Assembly: GCA_963822835.1 (NCBI GenBank)
Contig: CAWGIZ010000009.1
Coordinates: 80,542-144,541, forward strand
Origin: an uncultured Alphaproteobacteria bacterium
GTDB taxonomy: Bacteria > Pseudomonadota > Alphaproteobacteria > CAVTAV01
DNA: 64,000 nt
Direction of reading: 5' to 3'
How positions within the stretch are numbered: the stretch's first letter is position 1; each line of letters begins with the position of its first letter. The notes below the pieces were generated by a model that searched no databases, was not told the origin of the DNA, and was given only the letters and a program-made list of their open reading frames with translations. The position numbers and the translations under genes were made by a program. Positions 23,384 through 36,164 of the stretch are shown here, piece after piece.

Positions 23384-26300
23384 TTGAATCGGGCCTTGAT
23401 TGCCCTGGGATGTCTTGTCGTCGTCCTGGTGGCGGGCGCCCTGATCGCGCCGAGCTTCATCGACTGGAACAAGTATAAGGACCCGATCCAGGCGGAGGCC
23501 GAACGGCTGACCGGGCGGGACGTCACGGTCGGCGGCCATCTCAGCTTTTCCGTTCTGCCGTCTCCGGCGCTCTCGGCCGACGATGTGCGCATCGCCAATA
23601 TCCCCGGCGCCAAGGCCGACGACTTCGCGCGGCTGAAGTCGCTGCGCGTCAATGTCGCGCTGATGCCGCTGCTGACCGGCCACATTCAGGTCCGCCAGAT
23701 CACGCTCGTGGAGCCCGACGATCTCGCTCGAGGTGACGGCCGACGGCACGCGCAACTGGGTCTTTTCGAACGCAGAGGCGGGAACCGATCAGTCGAAAAC
23801 GCCCGCCGCGGGTGGAGCGGGCCTCCTTCAGGCCGTGCGGCTCGATAATTTCGTCATCGAGAATGGCGATATCACGTTCCGGGACGAGCAGACCGCTGTC
23901 GGCATCCGGCGAACCGACCGAAGTGCACCTTCAGGGACTGAACGCCCTCATCACCGCGCAGACCCTGCAGGGGCCGGTCAAGGCCACCGGCGAGGCGGTC
24001 TACCGGGCGGTGCCGTTTTCCTTCTCGCTCGATGCGGGAACCTATGTGGCGGGGCGGCCGACGGCGCTCTCCGTCAGCCTGAAGGCGAAGAACGAGCCGG
24101 TGCAGGGCGCGTTCGACGGAGCGCTGACGGATGCGGTGCCGCATGCCAGCGTCAACGGCAAGCTGACGCTCAGCGGGGACGATCTCGCGGGTGTCATCCG
24201 GATGGCCAATGCCGAGGTAAAGCCCGCGCGCAAGGTCGCGCCCGATTTCACCTCCCATAAGCCGTTTTCCTTCGAGACCAAGCTTTCCGGCTCGATAGAG
24301 CAGGCCAAGCTCGACGAGATCGCACTCGCGGTCGGCGATGCCCATGGCAGCGGCGCGGCGACCCTGTCGCTGATCAATGGCGGCGCATTCGATGTCGCGC
24401 TTCAGGTCAACAGTCTGGATCTCGACGCATTTCTGAAGCCCGGTGCCGCGCCTGAACGCAACAGCGGCGGCGCGACGGTCGTGGATATCGGGCAGGGCGG
24501 CGCGACGCCGTTCGAATTGCCGACGAAGCTCAACGGTTCGTTCGATCTCGGCATCGCCGCGCTCGGCTATCATGGCGGGACGGTGCGTCAGGTCCGCTTC
24601 ACGGCGGATCTAAAGGATGGCAAGGCCTCGATCACCCGCGCCTCGGCGCTGTTGCCGGGCGGCTCGGACGTGAGCGGCACGGGCGCGCTGGTGGCCGAGG
24701 ACGGCAAGCCAAGTTTCACCGGCACGGTCAAAGGTACGTCGAGCAATCTCCGCGCGATTCTCGACTGGTTCAACGCCGAATCCGGCCGATATCCCGGCGG
24801 ACCGTCTGACCAAGCTGGTGTTGAACAGCGGCGTTCTGGTCAAGGGCGATACGGCGACCTTCAGCAATCTCGACGTCACGCTCGACACGTCCCGTATCGT
24901 CGGAAGCGGCAGCCTGACCTTCGCTGCGCGTCCCAACATCGCGCTCGATGTGGATGTGGACCGCCTCAATCTCGACGCCTATCTCGCGCCCGAGGAAACA
25001 CCGCCGGCGAATGGCGCGCCCCAGCAGCCGGGCCAGCAAGTTGGCCAGCCGGCCCCAAAGACGCCGCCGCCCGCCGCCGCTCCGAACCCGCACCCGCTCG
25101 CGGTGCTTGCGGATTTCGACGGTGCGCTCAAGGCGAAGATCGACCGTGCGACCATGATGGGCGTGTCGGCGGATGACGTGAACGTCAGTGCCTCGCTCAA
25201 GGACGGCGTCGCCACGCTGGCCTCGCTCGCGGCCGACGATGTCGCCGGGGCGAAGGTCGCCGCGACCGGCACCGCGCAAGGCTTTGCCGCCGAGACGAGC
25301 TACACCGCGAAGGTCGATCTGCAGACCGGCGAGCTTTCCGATTTCCTGCGATCGATGAATGTCACCGTGCCCTTTGCCCGGGATACGCTCGGCAATGCGG
25401 CGCTCACGCTCGGCTTCGATCGAGGCGCAGGCGAAACATACGCTGAGCGTCAGCGGGACGATTGGAAAGACGACCGTCATGGCCACCCGCGACGTGACTG
25501 CGGGCGACGCCAGCAAATTCAATCTCCGGTTCGATCTCAAGAATCCCAACCTCAGCGATTTTACCCGGCAGTTCGATATCGGCTTCAGTCCTCTGGGCTC
25601 GGCGGCGGCGACGCCGATCTCGATCAGTGGCGAGGCCTCCGGCACGAAGGCCGCATCCCTGGTCAAGCTGCATGGCCGCGTTGCCGGCGGAGCGATCGAT
25701 GCAGCCGGGGACCTGAATTCCTATCCGGACGATCCCGCGTATAATTTCGGCGTTTCCCTACGGCACGACGACTTCGCCGATCTGCTCCGGCTTCTCGGTG
25801 TCGACTATTCCCAGAAGGCGGGCGGCGTCGGCGCGGTCATGGCGGAGGCGCAGGTCAAAGGCAACGCCAAACATGCGGATCTGCTCGGCCTCAAATTGAC
25901 GCGTCGGAGACACGAACGCGACCGGCACGGCCGCCATCGATATATCCGGTGCGTTGCCTCGGGTCACCGCGGATCTGACCGCCGGGGACGTTGCGCTCGA
26001 TCCGTTTCTGGGCCCGGCGACCACCGGCGTCGAGCAGGCGAAGCAGGCGGGGCGCGTCGATCCCGGCGCAAGGCGCTGGTCGCGAAGCCGCATGGATCTC
26101 GGTTGGCTGACCGGTTATGCGGGCGACATCGAGCTGAAGGCGGACCGCCTGTCCGTCCGGGGTTACGATTTCCGCGATCCCGACATCAAGCTGCTGCTCG
26201 ACAAGGGCACTGTCACGATGCGCCAGTTCACCGGGAAGCTCTTCGGCGGCTCGCTGGATCTCCGGGCCGTGCTGCGCGCGCAGGCGTACGCCCGATCTTT

Positions 26301-26979
26301 CGATGACCTTCAGCCTGTCGAACGCGTCGGTCGAGGATGCGCTGGCGACGATGGCCGGGGTGAGCGGGCGACCGGAACTTTCTCCGCCAACGGTTCGATC
26401 TCCACCAACGGAAACAGCCAGATCGAGATGATCTCGGACACCACGGGCAGCGCCACCGTCAAGGCGCAGAACGGCGTGCTCACGGCATCGATCTCGGGCG
26501 CATCGCGCCGGGCGCGCCAAGATCTCCACGATGGACGACATCACCAAGCTGCTGGCCGGGGCCACCACGCAGGGCGCGACGCCCTACAAGTCGATTCAGG
26601 CGACCTTGAGCCTCGATAACGGGACGCTGACGGCGCAGAACGTTTCGGCGGATATCGATGCCGCGAAAGGCACGATCAATGCGATCGGTCGATCTGCCCA
26701 CTGGATGACCGTGATCGACAGCCAGTTCCAGACGCGGGACTGGCCGGATCGCCGCCCATCGGGATCGTGCCTGAACGGGGCGGTGAACAAGCCGCGCCGC
26801 GCGGTGTCAGACCGCGGATCTCAAGCAGTATCCTCGCGCGCAATGTCGATGAGACCATGCTCAAGGGCGTGATCGAAGAGCAGGACAACAAGGGCCTGAA
26901 CGAGCTCCTCGGCTCCGACAAGCCGCCTGCGCCGCCGCCCGCAAAATCGTCCGAGCAGCCCAAAGCCTCTCAACAATAG
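23384..26979 (+). CDS. AsmA-family outer-membrane biogenesis protein (~1190 aa); at least 7 frameshifts
   Basis: TTG start with AAGGAGAG Shine-Dalgarno. N-terminus LIALGCLVVVLVAGALIAPSFIDWNKYKDPIQAEAERLTGRDVTVGGHLSFSVLPSPALSADDVRIAN is the AsmA N-domain. A long beta-rich body is split over ORFs 23384, 23812, 24818, 25359, 25954, 26531, 26767. Confidence 0.6.
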
Positions 26980-27214
26980 GTATCAGTTCCTTTCGGGGCT
27001 GCCAGTGCCCGGGCGAGCAGCTCGACCCGCAGCGCGCTCGAGAGATTGCCGGTTCGCCGCGCGTCGATTTCGGTGACGAGGTCGTTGATCGAGCGGCCTT
27101 CGCGGTCGCGCGATGTCCTTGAAGGACGCCAGAAGATCGCTTCGAGCGTGACGCTGGTGCGGTGCCCGGCGACCTTGAGGGAATGTTTTTCGAGCCGTGC
27201 CGGGATCGTCGCAT
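26975..27214 (-). CDS. Small ribbon-helix-helix-like protein; one frameshift
   Basis: Composite of two frames gives ...SLKVAGHRTSVTLE..IFW..F..IARREGRSINDLVTEIDARRTGNLSSALRVELLA. Confidence 0.4.
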
Positions 27215-27229
27215 CGCGTGCGGCTCACT

Positions 27230-28658
27230 TCTTGCGCCGTCCGGCGGGCTTTCGACTTGGCCGGGGCGACCATGTTCTCGGGCACGACGAGCGGTCGAAA
27301 TCCTCGGCGCTGACGAGCTTCAGGCTCCAGCGCGGCCTCGCGCAGCGTCAGGTCGTAGTCAAGGCATGCTTGGCGATCTTGGCCGCCGCGTCATAGCCGA
27401 TCTCGGGCGCGAGCGCGGTGACCAGCATCAGCGACCGGTCGAGAAGCTCGACGATGCGCGCCATCTCGGGCTCGATGCCCGGCGACGCAGCGATCGGCGA
27501 AGCTTCGCGCGGCATCGCCGAGCAGCCGTGATCGATTGCAGGACATTATACGCGATCAGCGGCTTGTAGGCGTTGAGCTCCATCTGGCCGTGCGCGCCGC
27601 CGAAGGTGACCGTGACATGGTTGCCCATCACCTGCGCGCACACCATGGTCAGCGCCTCCGCCTGGGTCGGGTTGACTTTGCCCGGCATGATGGAGGAGCC
27701 GGGCTCGTTCGCCGGCAGCCGTAATTCGCCGAGGCCCGCGCGCGGGACCGGAGCCGAGAAGCCGGATATCGTTCGCGATCTTCATCAGGCTGGCGGCGAT
27801 GGTGTTCAGCACGCCGGACAGCTCGACCATCGAGTCATGGGCGGCGATGCCTTCGAACTTGTTTTTCGCCGGGACGAAGGGCAGGCCGGTGATCCTGGCG
27901 ATCTCGGCCACCACCTTGCGCGCGAAATTCCGCCGGAGCGTTCAGCCCCGTGCCGACCGCCGTGCCGCCTTGCGCGACAGTGCATAGAGCCGGGGCAGGG
28001 CGCTTTCGATGCCGGTCGAGGCCGAGCTCGACCTGTCGGGCATAGGCGGAGAATTCCTGGCCGAGCGTGATCGGCGTCGCGTCCTGCAAATGCGTCCGCC
28101 CGATCTTCACGATCCCGTTCCAGCGCTCGCCTTTTTCGCGATGACGCGCCTGCAGATGCTTCAGCGCGGGAACGAGCCGCTGATCGATCTCCGTCGCCGC
28201 CGCGACATGCATCGCCGTCGGGAAGGTGTCGTTCGACGACTGCGAGCGATTGACATGATCGTTGGGATGTACCGGCTTCTTGGAGCCGAGCGTGCCGCCA
28301 AGGATTTCGATCGCCCGGTTCGCGATCACTTCGTTGGCGTTCATGTTGGACTGGGTGCCCGAACCGGTCTGCCAGATCACCAGCGGAAAATGGTCGTCCC
28401 ACTTGCCGTCCATCACTTCCTGCGCCGCCTGGGCGATGGCCTTCGCGATATCGGGCGTCAACAGGCCGAGCGATGCGTTGGTTCGCGCGGCGGCGAGCTT
28501 GACGATGGCCAGCGCGCGGATGAGCGGAGGCGGCATTCGTTCCGAGCCGATCGGGAAAATTCATGAGGGAGCGCTGGGTCTGCGCCCCCCAATATCGGTC
28601 CCCGCGCACTTGGACGGCGCCAAGGCGAATCGGTCTCTGTTCTGGTGTGCTTTGGCAT
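27230..28658 (-). CDS. fumC: Fumarate hydratase class II; at least 4 frameshifts
   Basis: N-terminus [11 protein letters not shown]...[10 protein letters not shown]; core [32 protein letters not shown], signature [13 protein letters not shown] (seen as [12 protein letters not shown]), C-terminus LVVPENMV. Confidence 0.75.
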
Positions 28659-28760
28659 GGCTCTTTTGACTGCGGCCCCAAAATAGCATCAAGCCCAGGA
28701 AATCGGCAAAGCATTAGCCGGTTCCTGGGCTTGACCGGGCCCCACAGCCCAACCGAGGTT

Positions 28761-30637
28761 CTAGTTGTTGCGGCGACGGATTCGAACCTCGGCAAACTTT
28801 TTCGCCAGTTGGCGGCGGCGGCGCATCAGCTCCAGAGCCGCCAGGCCGAAGGCGAGGAGAGTCCAGGTCGCCGGTTCCGGGACCTCCGTCGGGTTGTTGT
28901 CGATTTGGCCGTCATGCTGGCCACTGTGGTGGTGATAGGTCCAGGGATCGGTCGGGTCGACATTCGGCAGATCCTGGTCGGTAATGTCGCCATTGCCGTC
29001 GTCGACACCGCCGGACGAATTGCCGTCCTCATGATGGTGGCCGGTGTCCTGCGGGATCGTCGGGCCGTTGTTGTCGGCTGGCGGATCGAAATCGTGGTTG
29101 TTCTGGTCAGTGTTTCCGCCGGTATTGCCATCGGTGTCGCCGCCAGTGTTTCCACCAGTGTTGCCGCCGGTGTTGACGCCAGCGTTGCCGCCGGTGTTTC
29201 CACCAGTGTTGCCGCCGGTGTTTCCACCAGTGTTGCCGCCGGTGTTTCCACCAGTGTTGCCGCCGGTGTTGCCACCGGTATTGCCACCAGTGTTCCCGCC
29301 GGTATTGCCGCCAGTGTTACCACCGGTATTGCCGCCGGTGTTTCCACCAGTGTTGCCGCCGGTGTTCGCCGCCGGTATTGCCGCCAGTGTTCCCGCCGGT
29401 ATTGCCGCCAGTGTTACCACCGGTATTGCCGCCGGTGTTTCCACCAGTGTTGCCGCCGGTGTTTCCACCAGTGTTGCCGCCGGTGTTGCCACCGGTATTG
29501 CCACCAGTGTTCCCGCCGGTATTGCCGCCAGTGTTACCACCGGTATTGCCGCCGGTGTTCCCGCCGGTGATTGCCGCCAGTGTTACCACCTGTATTGCCG
29601 CCGGTGTTGCCACCAGTGTTCCCGCCGGTATTGCCGCCAGTGTTACCACCGGTATTGCCGCCGGTGTTCCCACCAGTGTTGCCGCCAGTGTTCCCGCCGG
29701 TATTTCCACCGGTGTTGTCGCCAGTGTTTCCACCGGTGTTGCCGCCAGTGTTGACGCCAGCGTTGCCGCCAGTGTTTCCCCCGGTGTTCCCGCCAGTGTT
29801 GCCACCGGTGTTCCCGCCGGTATTGCCACCGTTATTGCCGCCGGTATTACCACCGGTGTTGCCACCGGAGCTTCCGCCGCCCGGCGTCGTGGTGGTCGTC
29901 ACCGTGCCGTCGACATTCGAGCCATTGCCGTTGTCGGCGGTGTAGGTGGAGCCGGGCTTGTTGTTGTCGGTAAACGAGGTCGAGTTGTCGGACGGGCTCT
30001 GCGGATCGATCACGATCACGATCTGCCCGCCGCCGGTACCGGACCCGCCGTTGTTCGGCAGGGTGATCCACGTGCCGGTATCGCCGGAGCCGTTGCCGCC
30101 GGGGTTTCCGTTGCCGCCGATATAACCGCCGTTGCCGCCACCGCCGCCACCGCCAATGATGTCGGAAAAACGCGGGCGGATATTGCGGGCATAGGATGTC
30201 GGGATGGTGCCCGGCGAGGCGACGCCGCCCGAGATGATGTAATCGGTCGGGATGCCGTTTTCGAACACCACGTCGATGGTGATGTCCTTGGCGTCGTAGG
30301 TGGTGCCGCCGACGATGATCTGGCCGGCGCTCGGATGGACGTCATCAAGCAGCACGCGGCCGCGGCGCGGAAGAATGCTCAGGTCGTAGTTGAAGGTCAC
30401 CGTGCCGGTGACTTCCTTCGTCGGGGGCGTGGAACCCAGGGCGTAATCCGTGAAGTTCTTGGCGCTGACCTCGATCGTCGTGGTCATCTGGCCGCTGTCG
30501 AGCGAATCGTTGGTCGTCGCGCCCTGCGAGATCCGGATATGCCGGTTCGGGGTGGACTGACTGACAGCAAAGGTAACGGCGCCAATGACGCCGAACGATA
30601 CGATTGCCGCCGCTCTTTTCGTAAGTTTCCGCCGCAT
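28761..30637 (-). CDS. Secreted PEP-CTERM protein with long (N-T-G-G)n tandem repeat; at least 2 frameshifts inside the repeat
   Basis: N-terminal signal peptide [26 protein letters not shown]; about 65 NTGG units; His/Asp-rich segment; C-terminal PEP-CTERM sorting signal [25 protein letters not shown]. Confidence 0.75.
29100..29875. repeat. Coding tandem repeat, 12-nt unit (GGTGTTGCCGCC and variants), about 65 copies, with a 120-nt higher-order unit duplicated at 29221-29340 and 29438-29557
   Basis: Direct reading of the period-12 array. Single-nucleotide anomalies at about 29364 (ggtgttCgccgcc) and about 29569 (ggtGattgcc) break the reading frame. Confidence 0.85.
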
Positions 30638-30690
30638 CGTGGGACTCCAATCCAACCAATCCGCCGCCCGGACTGGATGGAGTGAAGAAA

Positions 30691-30706
30691 GCAACCACTG
30701 TGCCAA
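30691..30706 (-). promoter_or_regulatory. Sigma-54 (RpoN) -24/-12 promoter for the PEP-CTERM gene
   Basis: Minus strand reads TGGCAC-AGTGG-TTGCT (consensus TGGCACG-N4-TTGCW). It sits about 55 nt upstream of ATG 30637, with a GGAG Shine-Dalgarno 8 nt before the ATG. Confidence 0.5.
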
Positions 30707-30877
30707 TCACCAATGTTATTTAAAAACAATGGGTTGCGCTGAATTTAACGAAGATTAAAGCACGTTCGTCCGGTTTCGCGACGTGCCGGAAACGGCCGAT
30801 GTCCGGAATTGAAACCGGTTCTTAACAAGCCGGTAACGTTTGGCGGCGAGGCCGGGGCGGCCCGCGACGAGCCGGTC

Positions 30878-32485
30878 TCAGAGCCCCTTGAAGAAGTCGT
30901 TGCCCTTGTCGTCGACCACGATGAAAGCGGGGAAGTCCTCGACGTCGATCTTCCATACCGCTTCCATGCCGAAATCGGCGAAATCGAGCACCTCGACCTT
31001 GCGGATATTGTCGCGCGCGAGGATCGCGGCCGGGCCACCGATGGAGCCGAGATAGAAGCCGCCATGCTTCTTGCAGGCATTGGTGACGGCGGGGCTGCGG
31101 TTGCCCTTGGCGAGCATGATCATGCTGCCGCCCAGGGCCTGGAACGGATCGACATAGGAGTCCATGCGGCCGGCCGTGGTCGGGCCGAAGGAGCCGCTGG
31201 CATAGCCTTCGGGAGTCTTGGCCGGGCCGGCGTAATAGACGATGTGATCCTTGAAGTAATCCGGCATCGGCTTGCCGGCCTCGATCTGCTTCTGGATCGC
31301 GGCATGGGCGAGATCGCGCGCGACGACGATGGTGCCGGTGAGCGACAGCCGCGTCTTGATCGGATATTGCGTCAGTTCGGCGAGGATCTCCTTCATCGGC
31401 CGGTTGAGATCGACCGGGACGACGTGCTCGCTCAAATGATGATCGAGGCTCGGCAGATATTTCGCCGGATCGGTTTCCAGCTGTTCGATGAAGATGCCCT
31501 CGGTGGTGATCTTGGCCTTCGCTTGGCGGTCCGCCGAGCACGAAACGCCGATGCCGATCGGCACCGACGCGCCGTGGCGGGGCAGGCGGATGACGCGTAC
31601 GTCGTGGCAGAAATATTTGCCGCCGAACTGCGCGCCGATTCCGGTGTGCTGGGTCATCTTGTGGATTTCGGCCTCGAGCTCGAGATCGCGGAAGGCCTGA
31701 CCGCGATTGTTGCCGCTGGTCGGCAGCGTATCGAGATAGCGGGCGCTGGCGAGCTTCACGGTCTTGAGATTCATTTCCGCCGACAGGCCGCCGACGACGA
31801 TGGCGAGGTGGTAGGGCGGGCAGGCCGCCGTGCCGAGGGTGCGGATTTTCTCGTCCAGAAACGCGGTCAGCTTGTCGTGGCGCAGCACGGCGGGTGTCTG
31901 CTGATACAGATAGGTCTTGTTGGCGGATCCGCCGCCCTTCGCCATGAACAGGAAATCGTAGTGATCGCCCTTGCCGGCGAAGATATCGATCTGGGCCGGC
32001 GTGTTGTCCTTCGTGTTCACTTCCTCGAACATCGAAAGCGGCGCCATCTGCGAATAGCGCAGATTGGTGGTCGTGTAGGTGTCGGCCACGCCGCGCGAGA
32101 GGGCCTCGGCGTCGTCGCCGTCGGTCCAGACATACTGGCCCTTCTTGCCGACCACGATGGCCGTGCCGGTGTCCTGACAGCTCGGCAGCACGAATCCAGC
32201 CGCGACATTGGCGTTCTTCAACAGCTCCAGCGCGACGAAGCGGTCGTTATCCGAAGCCTCGGGATCGTCCAGGATCGAGCGAAGCTGGGCGAGGTGGCCG
32301 GGCCGCAGCAGGTGCGCGATCTCGCGCATCGCGCTGGCCGCGAGGCGCCGGAGGCCCTCGGTCTCGATGGTGAGCACCTTCTTGCCGCCGAGCGTGGTGG
32401 TGGAGACGAAATCGGACGTGATCTTGCGGTAGGGCGTCTCATCGGCGCCCAGCGGGAAAAGGTCCTGATAAATGAAATCGCTCAT
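30878..32485 (-). CDS. Fumarate hydratase class I (Fe-S, single-chain FumA/FumB type), intact 535 aa
   Basis: Cys-containing N-domain (...[12 protein letters not shown]...), full-length FumA-like alignment, C-terminal beta domain. Confidence 0.85.
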   Translation of the reverse strand: MSDFIYQDLFPLGADETPYRKITSDFVSTTTLGGKKVLTIETEGLRRLAASAMREIAHLLRPGHLAQLRSILDDPEASDNDRFVALELLKNANVAAGFVLPSCQDTGTAIVVGKKGQYVWTDGDDAEALSRGVADTYTTTNLRYSQMAPLSMFEEVNTKDNTPAQIDIFAGKGDHYDFLFMAKGGGSANKTYLYQQTPAVLRHDKLTAFLDEKIRTLGTAACPPYHLAIVVGGLSAEMNLKTVKLASARYLDTLPTSGNNRGQAFRDLELEAEIHKMTQHTGIGAQFGGKYFCHDVRVIRLPRHGASVPIGIGVSCSADRQAKAKITTEGIFIEQLETDPAKYLPSLDHHLSEHVVPVDLNRPMKEILAELTQYPIKTRLSLTGTIVVARDLAHAAIQKQIEAGKPMPDYFKDHIVYYAGPAKTPEGYASGSFGPTTAGRMDSYVDPFQALGGSMIMLAKGNRSPAVTNACKKHGGFYLGSIGGPAAILARDNIRKVEVLDFADFGMEAVWKIDVEDFPAFIVVDDKGNDFFKGL

Positions 32486-32562
32486 GGCTCGGCGTCCCGT
32501 GCGGAAAACGAGAAAGGGGGCTGGAATACAGCCCCCTTATAAGCCGACAAATTTACGAAAGG

Positions 32563-33072
32563 CTATTTCTTTCGGAACGAATTCAGCGTGACGACATTGT
32601 CCTGCGCGCCGGCCGGCACGGCATCCTCGGGATCCGATGCCGGGGCAGCCCCGCCGCGCGACGAACGGCGCACCGCGCGGCTCGCCTTGGCGGCCTTGTC
32701 TTCGACTTGCGAGACCCGGAATTGCAGGCCGAACTGCACGCTCGGATCCAGAAATCCGATAATGGCGGAGAACGGAATCACCAGCCGTTCCGGCACGCCC
32801 GAGAAGCTCAGATTGATCTCGAAATGGTTCGGACGGACAACCAGGCCCCAGAACTGGTGCTGGAGCACAATTGTCATCTCCGTCGGATAACGTTCCTTCA
32901 GATAGGCGGGCAGGCTTACGCCGTCCTCTCCCGTGGCAAAGGCAACGTAATAATGGTGCTCGCCCTTGAGACCATTGACCGCGACATCGGAGATAATATC
33001 GCGCACAACACCGCGAAGGGCGTTCTGCACCATCTCATCATAGTCGAAATCGACGTTTTCGCTGTTCATCAT
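32563..33072 (-). CDS. sspB: ClpXP adaptor SspB (alphaproteobacterial type)
   Basis: N-terminus DYDEMVQNALRGVVRDIISDVA...HHYYVAFATG followed by an acidic or unstructured tail. Confidence 0.55.
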   Translation of the reverse strand: MMNSENVDFDYDEMVQNALRGVVRDIISDVAVNGLKGEHHYYVAFATGEDGVSLPAYLKERYPTEMTIVLQHQFWGLVVRPNHFEINLSFSGVPERLVIPFSAIIGFLDPSVQFGLQFRVSQVEDKAAKASRAVRRSSRGGAAPASDPEDAVPAGAQDNVVTLNSFRKK

Positions 33073-33375
33073 CGGACGTACCTGTTGGTCATAGGACCTC
33101 AGGACGCGCCAAGACCTCTACGCGGCAGCTACTATCCCACCATGGTCGTTTGCGGACCCCAGTCCCGTTATTAAGATCTTTTATACGGTGTTGTTGGGGG
33201 ACGACCGAGTCAAAATCTGGGACGCAAGAAAAATATCTTGTGGACAAAAATCGACGTCTTCTGTGGAAAATTTTTGAGGGCAGCGGTGGCGGTCTGGCAG
33301 GGGGCTTGAATTCGCTTGCATTTTCATGCATACATATGAACATGTGTTCAGATGTAGCGAAGTAGAGGGCAGAGG

Positions 33376-33708
33376 ATGTGGAACCCCGATGATCGCGTGA
33401 TAAGCGACGTCGCCGACATATTTAAGCAGCTTGGGGATGCATCGAGGCTGCGAATCGCGGTCTGTTGCATGACCAGCGACGTCTGCGTGACGGATATCGC
33501 GGAACGTCTGCGCCTGTCCCCTTCGCTCGTCAGCCACCATTTGCGGCTGTTGCGCGCCGCGCGCCTTGTCCGGTCGGACAGGCGCGGCAAGCAGGTCTAT
33601 TACAGCCTCGCCGATTCGCATGTCCGTTCCGTGCTCACCGACATGATCGACCACGTCGCCGAACGCTACGAGGGCGAGCTCTTGCCGTTACAGGGAGCAT
33701 CGCGATGA
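33376..33708 (+). CDS. ArsR/SmtB-family metal-responsive transcriptional repressor
   Basis: LGDASRLRIAVCC...VCVTDIAERLRLSPSLVSHHLRLLRAARLV is an HTH with a metal-binding Cys cluster. Confidence 0.7.
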   Translation: MWNPDDRVISDVADIFKQLGDASRLRIAVCCMTSDVCVTDIAERLRLSPSLVSHHLRLLRAARLVRSDRRGKQVYYSLADSHVRSVLTDMIDHVAERYEGELLPLQGASR

Positions 33709-34334
33709 GTCACGAGTGCTGCAGCGTCGAAGAACACGAGCCGGAAGGCGCGTTCCGCCGCGCTCTGTGGGTGGTGCTGGTGATCAACGCGGCGATGTTC
33801 CTGATCGAGGCGGCGTCGGGGCTGTTGTCGGGCTCGGTCGCGTTGCAGGCCGATGCGCTCGATTTCCTCGGCGACGCGACGACCTATGCGATCACGTTGA
33901 TGGTGTTGGGCATGTCGCTGCGGTGGCGCGCCTCGGCATCGATTCTGAAGGGCGCGACGATGACCGCCTTCGGCATCTATGTGCTCGGCCTCGGCGTGTA
34001 CCGACTCTTCGGGAATGTCGTTCCGGAGGCCGAGGTGATGAGCGGCGTCGGCGTGCTCGCGCTCATCGCCAATGTCGTGAGCGCCGTCATTCTCTATAAG
34101 TTCCGCGCGGGCGACAGCAACCGCCGTTCGGTCTGGCTGTGCAGCCGGAACGACGCGATCGGCAATGTCGCCGTCATCGCCGCCGGCGGGGCGGTCTATC
34201 TCACCGGCACGCGCTGGCCGGATCTCATCGTCGCCGCCTTCATGGCCGGCCTCGCGACGTGGAGCGCATGGCACATCCTGATCCAAGCCCGAGGCGAACT
34301 CCGCCATGATGCCGCGCATCAGGCGGCGGAGTAA
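33705..34334 (+). CDS. Cation diffusion facilitator (CDF) family metal efflux protein (TM domain only, ~209 aa)
   Basis: Start overlaps the ArsR stop. Hydrophobic TM profile with conserved metal-site Asp/His (ALQADALDFLGDA) and N-terminal Cys-Cys. Confidence 0.7.
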   Translation: MSHECCSVEEHEPEGAFRRALWVVLVINAAMFLIEAASGLLSGSVALQADALDFLGDATTYAITLMVLGMSLRWRASASILKGATMTAFGIYVLGLGVYRLFGNVVPEAEVMSGVGVLALIANVVSAVILYKFRAGDSNRRSVWLCSRNDAIGNVAVIAAGGAVYLTGTRWPDLIVAAFMAGLATWSAWHILIQARGELRHDAAHQAAE

Positions 34335-34726
34335 GACCTTACGGGGAGAGTGAAGTGGGCGGGCTTCTGTTGCCCGGTGCCCGCCCGAACCGCGCTTTTC
34401 ACTGGTTATTAAGCAGCGAGAGCGAGAGGTGCGTTATCGTTGGCACCTGTGAGATTGACCCGATAACGGCGGATATCATACCGGGCAAAAGCTACACCTT
34501 TACTACGCACGTCGATCCTGTTTCGCCCCCATATCGTACGGGTGGCCGAGGCCTTGCCCGAAGCGGGTAATGGTGGAGGCGCCGGGTACCGCCCCCGGGT
34601 CCGCAACGCTTATTCCGTGCAGTGTTTATCGCCATAGTCGGTTGCCCGACGCTCCATATATAAGCGCGAACGGTTAAAGCTTAAAGAGCAATGGCGATCT
34701 GATTTGCGAGACGGTAAACTCTCCCC

Positions 34727-36124
<1,398 letters not shown>

Positions 36125-36164
36125 GACGTCGTATTGCGCGATAGTCGTATTCGTTGTCGTCAAT

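Noticed and set aside
29100-29875. Possible CRISPR or other non-coding repeat array
   Set aside because: Period-12 perfect tandem repeats with no spacers, fully inside an ORF encoding NTGG repeats. This is a coding microsatellite, not CRISPR.
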